A DNA stretch of 64,000 nt, from positions 32,116,001 through 32,180,000 of the forward strand of contig CP158635.1 in assembly GCA_050273025.1 (NCBI GenBank), given 5' to 3'. The position numbers and the translations under genes were made by a program. The stretch is from Cenococcum geophilum. Taxonomy: Eukaryota. Under the pieces are notes generated by a model. That model was not told where the DNA came from. It was given only the letters and a program-made list of their open reading frames with translations, and searched no databases. Below, in pieces: positions 1 through 12,169 of the stretch (position 1 is the first letter of the stretch; each line of letters starts with the position of its first letter).

Positions 1-275
1 GCCACCCAGCTGTTGTATGTTCTACCATGTCGACGATTATTAAGTTAGCAAGCAAACATAGCATCAGAAGCAGGAAAGTCGTACGTTACAGACACGTCTT
101 TAGCCAACCAAACAGTAGAATATCCACCGTGACCAAGTTTAGCGATAACCTCGTACTTATCATCTAGCATCTGGCCAATGGCGATCGGACAAAACCCGCC
201 TATGCGGTAGCCTTCTACCTTTTCCACCCCTTCAATGTATTGGCATCTGTATTGCGGTAGCGAATTCGGAGCCAT
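1..275 (-). CDS. SRPK-like (CMGC) Ser/Thr protein kinase, 5' part; gene continues beyond the left window edge
   Basis: ORF 45..275 reads ...EGVEKVEGYRIGGFCPIAIGQMLDDKYEVIAKLGHGGYSTVWLAKD, the typical SRPK-like N-terminus with the glycine-rich loop. A predicted intron at 84-22 (GTACGA...GCTAAC...TAG) continues in frame to TYNSWVA. Confidence 0.85.
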
Positions 276-1298
276 TTTTATTTCATCAAATTAGATAAGT
301 CTTTGATGCTAGTTTCTGAGGATGGTAATCGTGGCGATGGTGGACTGGTAGTGATGCAAGAAGCAAGGAAAGCAGGCATATGGTTTGACCTCTTCACTGC
401 CTTTGCGCCCAGACCTAGTTAGGCAACAGGGTGGTAGGCAAAGGTCGACAAAAACGTGGTAAAAGTACTCCAGGGGAACCCGAACGGCGTAGCGGCGCGG
501 CGAATCCGGCGAAGCTACAATTCCTCCAAAAGGTAGACGCCCGGACCGACCAGGCAGCACCAGTCCTATTCAGGCAGACCGTTGAGTTGCTTAACCCGCC
601 TCAGCAGAGCAGAATCCGGCGTTCATTTTAGACTACTCGATTACCATGTCACAGTCTCGGTGGTGACATTACTTTGGGAACGTCGAACCAAAATGTCTGC
701 TGGTAAATCGTGGGACTGGGCTTGACTATGAACCATTAGCAGAAATTCGATCAAAAGGAATTCAATGGCAAGATTCTGGGATATGCAAAGGAAATAACAG
801 TAGGAAAAGGGCCTGTTCCAAGGTGCTCAAGCTAAAAAGAGAATAAACTTATCCGAAATGGAGACTTGAGAGGCCAAGGTTTTGCTTGTCTGAGAGTAGT
901 GAAATTGTAGGACTAAGACTAAGACAAAGGTAGAGGTAGGGGCAAAAGTGTGGTTAATGGCGAAAGCGAGGTCATCGGTACACGCTCTTTCCCTTAATGA
1001 CAGCCGCAGAGCTACCAAAATGCTCTGGTAGTAATGAGACTTTCTCCCTTAGTGCTTCCCTACGGTCCGTAGTGACCCACATAGTCCTCCATAGCTTTTA
1101 GATAACTACTTTGTGAGTAGGCCTAATCCATACTTCAACAAATCAAAATCACATAATATACATGCGTGCATGATCATAGGTGTTTTAATGCCAATAACTT
1201 TAGTTACCCGTTAACTGCTTGACATAATTGCCGAGTGAAGGAGAATGAGATGGCAGACTTCCCAACGAGAAAAGTCACATATTCTGCCAAACGTCACG

Positions 1299-2632
1299 CT
1301 AACCCAACCCTTTGAATGCCATAACACCCTTTCCAGCATTCTTGTCCTTCCCCTTATTCCTCTTCCTTCTCTTCCTTCGCTTCCTGCTTTGTTCCTCCTC
1401 GCTACTCTCCTCGTCTTCATCATCGCTATCTTCTTCATCACTACTCCCAACCACCCTCTTGCCCGTTCCAACATCCTCTCCATCCTCCTCATTAATCTTT
1501 TCATGCCACACCTTGATGGTTTGCCCTCCACCACTGATCATCCTCCCAGTCACATCAAAGCCCAAAGCAACTACTGCCTCCGTCTCATCGTGTCTGAGTT
1601 TCGCGACAACCTTATTTGGTCCCAACTTCACAAAGTTTAGTCCGCCATCTCCCATTCCTACCGCAACCACCTTTCCTCCCAATCCCAGGCCCTCTGGCAA
1701 TAACGCCAGGCTATCCAAGCTCTCCCCACCTCCTGCCCCTCGATCTAGAATAATACGTTCATCTTGATCATCCCACACGCCTCGCTCCCACAGGGTTAGA
1801 ACACCTGTACCGCCACCCACAAGAACTTTCTCGCCCTTGCTGCTACCCCGTGCCGGGAGACCATCAACGAACACGCTACTGAGCAGCTCTTCTTCCTGGT
1901 CTTCACTTCTGACCAACACGCCACGGCGAAGATCGGTGATAGCGAGGGTTGTCCCACCTGTGCTGATCCATTGCTTACTGAATCCACTTGTACTGGTTGG
2001 GGATGGTGGGAGAGGAGTTAACGAAGAAATATAGTCGTCATGCGGATGGTGTGTTTGGCTGGGCTTAGGGGCAAGCATTGAATTTGCGGTACGTAGGTCG
2101 TAGATATGAAGGGCAGAAGAATCGGTTGCCAGGAGGAGAGTTTGTGGGGAGAGACAATGGAGGAGAGCTGGTGGATCGGGGGTGCCCTTTGAACTAGTTC
2201 TAGTTAGCTAGAGAAGCCAATTAAGAGCCGCAATAATCTACGAGATAGAAGCTGCGGGTAATTAGGATATGTTGGGAAGGCATACGTGTCGAGCGGCACT
2301 GCGATTTTGGCAAACACCTGCCCAGTTGCTGTATCGGCGGCTTTCACCAACCCATCCGTGCCTGCGGAATACAATTGCCCGCCATCAATTCCAAAGCTCA
2401 AGCTCCTACAACTCCCTTTGTGCCTTCGTGTTCTCCATGCCGTTTCTATCTGTCCATGGCCATTTTCCGAAACTGTCACATGTTCGTCGCTACTGTCGTC
2501 GCTAGTCGGAGGAAGGAGAAAGGTGTGGACGTGGCCCCCCGCTAGCCCGACAGAAAGGATAGGCTCAGTAGGATGGATTGCTTGGGTAAAGAGGTCGGAA
2601 GTGAGAGGTAAAGTACAGATTGTATCGAACAT
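1299..2632 (-). CDS. JIP5: WD40-repeat protein JIP5 (WDR55 family, ribosome biogenesis)
   Basis: Exon 1 2632-2286 ([21 protein letters not shown]...[11 protein letters not shown]); intron 2285-2194 (GTATGC...GCTAAC...TAG); exon 2 2193-1299 (...[25 protein letters not shown]...HDDYISSL...[25 protein letters not shown]...acidic/basic tail, FKGLG). The motifs match fungal Jip5. Confidence 0.9.
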
Positions 2633-3359
2633 GGGGAAGAGTTGTGAGGGTTGGTGGTTTAGTTTTCAAGCTGTGGCTCGGAAGTTCTGCGGAGAAGTTT
2701 GGCTTAACGCGAATCTGATTAGTGCCATTTTCTCTTCAACGACTCACACCTGGGCACTTCTACTTCACCAGAAACTGGAATATGCTCTTCTAACCTCAAT
2801 AAGGGTTTGTTGCCGACCTAAAGGTGGCACGGCCACATTTACCTTCATGCTTATCTACGTCAGGGAGGCTTGTCATTTCAATGTCTCAGAGGCTAAGAGG
2901 CTGGAATTCTGTGACACAGATTAGTGGGAAATGGTCTAGTCAAGATATCATTGCCTTGTCTTATGTAGTCTTTCCATCTATTCTTTCCATCTATCAGCGT
3001 TGTTTTGTGCTACGCACCTCTTATGCAAAGTCACTGTTTCATACGATCCCACATCATACGCCTTGTTCTAGGCACTTTACGTGTGCCGGAATTTATGCGA
3101 GCTGTTGCCTATGACCCAAAGATAAATGTTGTAAGGCTACATCTTATTTGAATAATCTGCGATATAGCCCTTTGAATCCTTACTAACACTTAGTGAGTGA
3201 ATGCAGATCTTGTTTGGGTTGCGCACAGTCTTTAGCTTGTCCTCCGAACTCGATCTCACTTCTCATCTCTTCTACTTTTAAATGCTGCACCTCTCTGAGG
3301 ACTGTGCCCGCCCGGTCTAGCAGTCAACTGCCAGATCTGTCAAGATGGGCGAATGACTT

Positions 3360-5886
3360 GCCTTAATGTACATAATTAGCCATGTCTTCATCCCACCAAG
3401 ATTACTCCAGACGGACGACCATAGCCCCGCAATGGATGCGGCTCTCATGGCGCAAGTACTCGTATCACTGAAATAATTCAAAGCTTGCCTTCTGCTCAAA
3501 GATCCGTACGGAATCCATGCATCAAAATACTCTGCGAGATGAGCGGAATGCGAGACAATTCTGGCAGGTTTCTGATCCAAAAGTCCGACGAAGCATTCGA
3601 TGAGATGGCTGGTGAAGGTATGCTCAATTATGGATTATCTTGATTTTAGACGAAGGTTAACTTTTCCTTTCCACTAAAGATATTCTCGCCCTCGAGATAC
3701 GCGCTCAAAATGCCGGACTTGCCATTCGAGGGTCTCACGATCAATACCCTTTCGAGTCTTTGGAGCTGTCGGCAACTAATTGAAAGGTTATGGCAACGGA
3801 AGGACGGTTAATTTGATGTTTTTCCGGCCCAGCAGTAATGCCAATCAAGAGCGACAGTCAAAGACGTCAACTTTCGAGAGCCTTTTCACAGATTTCATTG
3901 CTAAGCTAGACAGCGAACCTGTTAGCGAAGCAATACCTATGACAAAAAAGGCACGGTCACAAGTTGCAGAAACCAGGGACACTATACACCCGAAATTTGT
4001 CACAGAAATGCTCACGGCATTTCTGCGCGCTATCGGCAAACCAGATAATATCCCTCGAATTTACAAACATACGCGAGACGGTGTTATGTGGACAAATGCT
4101 GAAAAACCATGGTGTTGAACTATGCAGTCAAGAAGGAGAACTCTGTCGAATTAATGTAGGCTGTTGAGCCTCAATATATACAGTCAAGTCAAATGGCCTA
4201 GACACCCCTGGTCTATACCCTCAAAGGAAACAGGACGACGATCGCAATTAGCGCATCGTCCGACACATGGCGCCGTTCCCCTTTGTGGCTTTTAATCGAG
4301 TGGTTCTACAAACAACTCTCCATGGCAATCCGCCAAATATGCATATATCTCAGAAACCATTCATGGCATTTTTAAGGCCCAGGTCCTGCGTTATTCGCCA
4401 AAGAAATCTCTTCCTAGTGACGCGCTGCCTTCCATAAACGTAAATATCTGCCGCCGCCTTCGGAAGTTGGGTACTACCGTGGAGCCTAATTCGCTCTAGG
4501 TAGTAAGCAAGATAGCTACTAAGGTTTATCAAAAGCTGGTTAGTAGATGGCACGATTTGGAGAAGAGCGCCGATCCTGAACAAACTCAAAAATATTAGAA
4601 TCCGTCAGGCCTATCGTTCCTTGCAGACTCAAAACTAAAGCTACCGACTTTGCAACCTTTATATCCCGGATTGTTTCTCGGGAAATCCCTGCCTTTAGTT
4701 ATCATGGGCTTAAGACGAGGTGTTCCACCCGCATCATGTAATCAAGTTCACAGCTACCAAACTGCGGCCTATTATCTGGTATGAGTCATGAAGAGACTCG
4801 TCTCTTTCTTACCGACCTAGCGCTGTGGGTTGAACTCTTTCTAGACGGCTGGCTAAATGCCAATATTAACGGAAGTTATTCCAACGTAGTCATTGCGAAG
4901 GTAATCGAGCGATACACATATACAGCAATCCCTTTTCTCGAACAGTCGCCTCACCACAAGACCTTACGGGGTAAGATCGAGAGAGAAGCAAGAGAATCGA
5001 GGTCCCGAAAGAAGCCACAACTTATCAAGCGCTCCAAAGTTACTTTAGTCTAAAGACAAAGGCCGGTAGGCTCGGATACACCTACATCACAGACGTGATG
5101 GTAGCGAAGAGGACGTTCATTATGAACGCCCATGCCAGAAACGCCAATCGGACTCGCAGGCTGATAATTTAATCATAAATATCCATGAATGACCTCTCCT
5201 AGGGCAAGAACTGGAGGTAAATGCAGTTGTTTTCGAACTTGATGTTCCTGAAGCAATTTTCTCTGGCGGGATACGATATTTGCCCTATAGGTCGACATTT
5301 TCTCACCCGGTGCTCTTCCCGAGGCATCCGAAAACTTACTACCTTGACAAGTACGCTGGTATGTCAGGAAAATATGTTTCACCAAGGGGACGGCTGCGGC
5401 TCGCCTCTGTTAACCATCCATTCCTTAATTTGCACTATGAAACTTAGAAAATATCGGAAGCCACAGAGGCTAACGTCTGTATTAATCACGGTCTGAGTTA
5501 TGAGATGTTTGACACACGAACAGACACTTTAGCGGCAAATCATCTAGAGGTATGCAATGTCTGGAGAATGTGCACGCTAGATCTCCCTTCCCGCTCGTTC
5601 AGTGAAATGCAGAACATGGTTGAGAATACTATGCCATACATCTAATAGTGTGATCTCAAAAGAGCCAGAATGCCCGGACATAGTTTACAAGGCATGAATA
5701 CGTCGCTTTCGGCTCTCCATGTGCCGGGCATCGAATCCACTGGCGCAACATTGTCGTTCAGCTCGGGACCCAGAGTCTTGATTTCGGCCGAGAGGGAACG
5801 AACATTCTGATAATTCAGGCTATATGGCAGGCAGGTCCCTGTGTTTAAGCTTTTATTAAAAAAGCCATGAAGATCTTGAAGAGACA
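3360..5886 (+). pseudogene. Frameshifted, truncated relic of a large fungal DUF6606/DUF3638/DUF3645-type protein
   Basis: Scattered frames give family motifs: YIISHVFIPPRLLQTDD, IRAQNAGL, ETRDTIHPKFVTEML, KHTRDGVMWTNAEKPW|RRSPLWLL, LASVNHPFLNLHY...NVCINHGLSYEMFD, HWRNIVVQLG...QAIWQAGP. There are multiple stops and frameshifts, and the relic ends abruptly at the TE block. Confidence 0.75.
4113..4265. mobile_element. 153-bp solo LTR inside the pseudogene
   Basis: Imperfect inverted termini TGTTGAAC...GTCCGACA flanked by a 5-bp direct repeat CATGG (4108-4112 and 4266-4270). Removing it restores ...KPW-RRSPLWLL. Confidence 0.85.
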
Positions 5887-6580
5887 AGGGTTTCAGTATC
5901 AATATCGGCCAATCAGATTGATCAATATTGTTACTAATCAATATTGGCGAATATTGGCGAATATTGGCTATATTTGTAATATTTGCAGATCTTCTTGGCA
6001 CCCCTTTAAAAATTTTAACTTTAACATTGTACGGATAAATTATTAAATATTATAGCTTCTACAGCAGACTTATTACTTTTTATACCTATATTAGACTCCC
6101 TTAATATAGAAGAGTTATTAAACTGCTAGTAAAAGAAGACTTTTAACCTATAGATACTAGTTGGTAGGGATTTGCTTCGCAAATTCTATCCCTCCGTCGT
6201 GCTTCGCAGCAGGGGGTAAGCTTTAGGCAGAGCCTCGTATAGAGCTTTAGTAGAGCTTCGTGCAGAGGTTCGCGCAGAGCCTTATGCAGAGCCACGTGCG
6301 GCATGCAGAGCCACGTGCGGCGTGCAGGCGTGTAGACGTATAGATGTCTATCACATATTGGGGGGGCTGATTTGGCGCGGTTACGACCCAGGTTAATATG
6401 AGGTTAGGGCCACCCCTGCTGATAACGCGCCCGAACCCCGCACGAGGTCGCGCAGCGACCGCCCCTGAGTACTTTCGCACGCGATTTTGGGCGAAAAGGT
6501 ATATAATTTGTGTTAGATCGGTACTTTTGGACGGTCGCGTAATGTTACTCTAAATTTATAACACCTAAACGGGCTCTATT

Positions 6581-6924
6581 CCTACATTAAGGCGTCTTAA
6601 TTGCTGTAGTACAGTCCTATATTAAGACGTCTCGGTTACTATAGTATAGTCCTATATTAAGGCGTCTCGGTTAATGCAGTGCAGTCCTATATTAAGACGT
6701 TTTGGTCACTATAGTGCGGTTGTATATTAAGGCGTCTTAGTTACTATAGTGCAGTCCTATATTAAGACGTCTCGGTCACTAGTACAGTCCTACATTAAAA
6801 CGTCTTGGTTACTGTAGTGCAGTCGTACATTAAGGCGTCTTAGTTACTGTAGTGCAATCGTATATAGAGGCGTTTTAGTTACCGTAGTGCAGTTATATAT
6901 TAAGGCGTCCTAGTTACTACAGTA
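6581..6924 (+). repeat. 35-bp minisatellite, about 10 copies, in the Crypton 3' region
   Basis: Unit ~CCTATATTAAGGCGTCTYRGTTACTRTAGTGCAGT repeats at 6581, 6616, 6651, 6686, 6721, 6756, 6789, 6824, 6859 and 6894 with no spacers. Confidence 0.9.
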
Positions 6925-7299
6925 AAATAACTATTTAGATATTCTTATAAAGCTAATCTAAAGAACGCCGACCTTATAGCTGTTCCAGCTAGTCAATAGC
7001 CTATCTCTTATCTCTTACTATACCGTCTTCTACGCGCCGTCTTATATCCTTAATTATTCTATAGCGACAGCTATAGAACATAGCCTTGCCGTTAACCCGC
7101 TAGCGTGCCCCCTAGCAACGATTAAGAGCTTTAATTAACGGCCTACCCGCTAGCCCTAAAGTCCACTTAATCTAGAGCTAGAAGACCGAATTACCGCCTT
7201 AAAGTATTTTATATTTCCTTAGCGGCGCTTATAGGTTAAGGATAAATAGGAGAGATAGTTAAGTATTAGCTTATGCCTGCGCTAGTAGGGGTAATATAG

Positions 7300-7480
7300 A
7301 TATAGTAGACGGCTAAGCGGGTAGTGCGGATATTATAGACGGCTAAGCGGACGGTGCGGATATTATAGACGGCTAAGTGGACGGTGCGGATATTATAGAC
7401 GGCGGCTAAGCGGGTAGTACGGATATTGTAGATGGCCGAGCAGGCGGCGTGGATATAGTAGACGTTATAGTAGACGGCGT
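7300..7480 (+). repeat. ~30-bp tandem repeat within the Crypton ORF linker
   Basis: TAGACGGCTAAGCGGGTAGTGCGGATATTA-like unit, about 5-6 copies. Confidence 0.8.
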
Positions 7481-9931
7481 GGGCTTGCCTAAAGGTAGAC
7501 ATACGGACTCCGTAGGCCCTATCTAGATACCCGTCTTCCCTTACTAGATCTATATAGGTGCGAATAATGCTAATAACCTTTCTATTTCGCTAAGGCGTTC
7601 TAAGATCGTCTACACACGTAATTAAACCCCCTTTATCTTAGAGATCGCGGCCTTATATCTTAGCTTAGCTACGGCCTTATAGGTAGGCTAGTATTTCCGT
7701 ATTATTAGCTTATCTGGCGTAACTATATTAGCTAGCAAGCTTTCTATCCGCGCGGCGAACCTTTAGTACTCCTTGTAGTTAAAGAGGGGGTCCTTTTATA
7801 GGGGGTGGAGCGGGAACTGCTTATATAGGATTACCCTAAGCGCGTAGAGGAGGCGTAGAAATCCTAAGCCCGTAAGGTTAAGCCGTATAACCTTATTATC
7901 GGCCCTACCTAGGTAGTAGGCCTCTATGCGTTTTAGCCAGACGTTAGTCTTAGGCTATATCTTTAAATAGAGGGCCTCCTCTAGCACCTCCCGTGCGTGG
8001 GGGAGAAAGTAGCCCTTTTCTTTCTTTAGGAAGCTGGCGATCGACCGCATAAACGTATAGGGTAGGTAGCTAAGGTAGGCTCCTATTATCGCGTCCATAT
8101 TCTAGCGTCCGGCCCGTCTAATTTAGGTCTCCTTAACGCCGCTAAGCTTAGTATACCGGACGCTCTACTTATAGGCGCTATAGGTCTTCTCCTTTAAGTA
8201 AATTCCTACCCCCTAGAATATCTTTTTATTTTATTTAAACTATATATAATAACTTAGCGGCCGTTATGGTACTTTAATACTACTAGGGAAGACGTATAGG
8301 TTATAGTAGTCCTTTAGCTACCAAAAGGATGGGAAGCTCTTAGTACCGTCTTTACCCTAGTGGTTAAAGAAGTAAAAGGCTACTATAGAGAGGGGGTAGA
8401 GGATAGGGTTAGCGTTCCGTATATAGCCCATATACTTAACCTTACTATACTAATTCTGCTTCCCTTATATTATCAATATAATTATACATAGCGCTAACTT
8501 ATCTAGTTTAGGCCCTTTATTCTCTAGTTTAATAAAAATAAGGTTAGTAAGCTAAACGTTTTATCTACTTTTACTATAGGTAACGGTAGTATGGCCTAAG
8601 AAACGGGTCAGAAAACGGCAGCTATATAGACTAGGTAGGGTATATATGAACCTAATAAATACTTGGCTGCAGTTTAAAGGTAAGACTTAACTAAACCTAG
8701 TATCTTAGAGCCCGTCTCCTAGTACTAAGTGATTACCTTTTTAAGCCCTTTAACGTTGTAGCCGCTAGTAATTATAAATAGGCCTTAATTGATAAAGTTA
8801 ACGCGTTAAATCCGGTCCTTATTACAGCGGACGCTGTCTAGTACTACTAAGAGCTTTACCCCCCACAGCGGCTGTAAGGTCTTGCCTTCTAACTACTACA
8901 CGTAAAGCTCGGTAATAGTGGAGACGTAGCTATTTATAACTAAGTATTGGACTATCTTATTAAATAGGGCGTCTAGGGCCTCCTCGTCCTATATCTCCCC
9001 TTCCTCCTTTATAGCTTCCTCCCTTATGCCTATAGCTGCCCCTACGGCTGCCCCTATAGCTGCCCCTGCGGCTAACTTCCCCTCTAGCTACCCTACCCGC
9101 TTAACCGTCTTCTACCTCTTCTTTACCCACTCGCTATCTTTCCACATCTCTTTCCGTTTTAACTTCTGTTTTTAATAGCTAGCAGCCTATAATTCTTGGT
9201 TAACAACTTACTACTTTAAAAATAGGTAAAGCTTATTTTCTGTTACCCGGGCGCCGTCCGTATTACCTTCCAGTCTTATATACTAGTCTTTCCACTCTTT
9301 CTACTTTGGCTTATACGCCCTTATAGTATTCTTTAAGCGCTAGGCCTTATAAATATCATATAGCCGTAACGTCTAGGCCTTGAATTCGTTCTAGAGGCTA
9401 TAAAAAGAGGGGGAGGAGGAGGCTAGGGGGGCTTCCTTCGACTATAAAGTAGACTGTAGGGTAAGAAGATTCTTAAAAGACTCTATCTCCGCAAGAGGTT
9501 AGGGGGAAGACGCGTAAGCGCGGCGCAGGTACGGGTAAATAAAGCCACTAAACGCGTAAATATTAATAGAGGAGGAGAAGAAGAGAGCTCTATATTATAG
9601 AATTAGAATTATAGTAGGCCGTTCTATATAAAACTAGAAGCCCCGCGCGAGCTAGGAGCTAGCGCGGGCATGAGAATAGGAAGAGGGTCAAAAAATGGAT
9701 TGTCGAGGCGATGATAAGGTCGAAGGCGCGCGACAAGGTCCTCTATACTAACCTAGTACTAACCTAGGCCTCAAAAACGCGTCCAAAAAGTAGGGGCCAC
9801 CACCAAAAGGGGGGGGTAATATTTAGACGATATGTCGCGGACCTTAGGGGGTCGTGCGTAACCCGAGGTTATGCTAAGCCTAACCCCGACCTCCGATACC
9901 TATACGTGCAGACGTTCGTACGGGCGTTTAT

Positions 9932-12152
9932 CCCTTAACCCGTCAACATCCTACGAGAATGTGGTCCGTGCACGAACACTAGTATTAAAACAACGCGTGT
10001 ATCTACATAGAATTCAATCGTTAATTACACTATCACTATGCCTTCTAATTGTACTAGAATTGACGCAGACCTTGTTTAAAAGACTTAATATAAGGTTCCC
10101 CCAAATAAGACGGCGAAAACACCTCCCCTAAAGCCCTAGCCGTTGCCCAAATTTAAACCTCTCTATATCGACGATTGGGACAACTATGGCTTATTAAATC
10201 TACCTCCAAACATCGATACACACAATTCTTTTAAGCTATTTAGTCTTTTCTTTATAGATGAGATTATGGATAAGCTTATAGAGTGGACGAATAAGTATGC
10301 GGAGCTCTACCTGTTGGATGAGAAAGCAGAATACCTATGCCTATAGCAGCCAATATACAAGCAGGAACTCTACGCGTACTTTAGGGTGCTTATTTATATA
10401 GGAATTACTATAGAATCGTGCATTAAGGACTACTAGAAGGATTTAGACATATATGGCACTAAGCATATTATCAAAAAGTACATTGCGGTTTCCCGATTTT
10501 AGCAGCTTAATCGCCACTTTTAAGCCTTACTACTATAGCTAGAATCTAATAAAACACCTAAAAATATATTTACCCGAATTAATGAGCTTGCTAAGTATAT
10601 TCGGCTTACTTATAAAAAGCTTTACGCCCCTAAAACCTACCTTGCCGTTAATAAAATAATCCAGCGCTTTATAGGCCGTGCTCCCAAAATAGTTAATATT
10701 CCATTTAAACTAATACTAAAAGGTTTTAAAATATGGGTTCTGGCGAACGAAGGCTATATATTAGACTTTATGTGGCACGCTAAAGGTAATAAGGAAGGCC
10801 TAGTTAATCTAGACCCATTATTTACCAAGGAAGGCTTTTTAAAGACGTAGGCAGTAGTCCTTAATTTGCTCTTATAAAAAGACGCCAAAATAGAAGAACG
10901 CCTCTATTAACTAGGAAAGCACGTTATCTGGCTTAATAACCTATTTATAAGCGTTAAGCTTCTTACACAATTACGAGGCCTTGGTATTAGAGGCGTAGGA
11001 ACCGTTTAAATAACTAAAACGCAGCGTAAGGAATAGGGTAACATTGAAGGTAATATTAAGGTACCTATAACTACAAAAGGAAAGACAAAGAAGAAGGTGC
11101 CTGCTGAGTAGATTAACCGAACGCTTGCAGAGCTTAAATTAACCCATGCAGCTTAAATTCCATAGAGTAAATTATATAGAGAGCTTTCTAAAGATGGGCA
11201 GGTAATAGAGTTTGCTTAGAAGGACGCCAATGTAGTGCTTTTTATGAGTACTATCGACGACGGTAAGTTAATTACCTTAACCACAAGGCTTAAAATCTAA
11301 TAACGTTATATATTGCCAGGTCGCTACACAAAGACTACTATATAAAAACGTCCTCCCCTTACCGCTAGCGGCGCCAGACAGACTCGGAAAGTCTTTAGCA
11401 ATAATGTTAAGAAGATATTGCCTATTCCAACCTTTATATTCTGGTACAATTGCTATATGGGCGGCGTGGATATTGCGGACCAATTGCGCTCGTATTTTAC
11501 GACGTAGAGGGTTTATAGGCAGACCTGGAAGCCTCTATGGCACTTCCTACTTAATATAGTAATTAGCAACTGCTTCCTATTGTCTTCCTATACTCTTACT
11601 GATCGCTAAGCAGGTCGTGTAGATGGCTATAAGCAATTCTAAATCGATCTTCGCAATGCCTTATTCGAGCGCTTAATTTATAAACAAAAGGCTTATACGC
11701 AGGAAGAAAAGGCTTGACGCTCTACAGATAAGATTAAATAGTATCCTGTGAAGGAACACACGTTGGAGAAGCTTTGGAAGAAACCCTTTAACTACTTAGC
11801 CTGCATAGAGGCTAGTAGGAAGTCTAAGGTAAAGTATTAAGGACGAAGGAAGGCTTTGGCAGATCTATCACCAAATACTATAAAGAAAGGCAGGGACGAT
11901 CTAAATTGGAAGAGACCGCAGCGTGCACTAAGGACTCTGTACGGCTGTAAAGTGTATCAAATTCCGTTCTATAATAATAAGTAATGCTAGCAACCTTATA
12001 TTAAGCGACTCAACTCCAAGCAATAAGTTTATATATCAATTTTATATAGTATTTAACGAATATCGCCAGCCTTATATTTCTGAGCACGGGTATTTTGATT
12101 CGCGTGATCTGATTGGCTGGCGCCCGTTGGACGAATTTTGACGGGTTAAGGG
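9932..12152 (+). mobile_element. piggyBac DNA transposon (2221 bp) with a RIP-inactivated transposase
   Basis: 15-bp perfect TIR CCCTTAACCCGTCAA and a TTAT direct repeat on both sides (9928-9931, 12153-12156). The transposase at ~10038-12026 shows HLAVDE-type and GFKIWVLA..GYILDF motifs, YNCYMGGVDIADQLRSY, a Cys-rich C-terminus and one intron near 11263. Confidence 0.93.
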
Positions 12153-12169
12153 TTATTGGAGTGGAGTGT

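Larger units (their letters stand above)
6339..9904 (-). mobile_element. CryptonF-like tyrosine-recombinase transposon (RIP-degraded)
   Basis: A degraded minus-strand ORF at ~9560-6940 gives Ndc10/Crypton YR motifs (NTIRAYKPK*KEW, VTENKLYLFL, YMGYIRNANP, FPSFW, IRRAGR...AYLSYLP.TFMRSIASF..YFLP) and a C-terminal GCR1_C-like segment (NSVF*L*IKWTLGLAGRP...FYSCR.RIIKDI). Short TATA direct repeats mark the inferred borders. Confidence 0.85.

Noticed and set aside
300..670. GC-rich stretch ending in a TGTCAC...GTGACA hairpin as a possible LTR relic
   Set aside because: No matching terminus or TSD could be defined.
1211..2924. Several ORFs overlapping JIP5 (1211-1534, 1245-1640, 1312-1767, 2286-2924)
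   Set aside because: They are antisense or alternate-frame shadows of the JIP5 coding sequence.
6581..6924. 35-bp repeat array as a possible CRISPR
   Set aside because: The units are contiguous with no unique spacers, there are no cas genes, and the context is eukaryotic.
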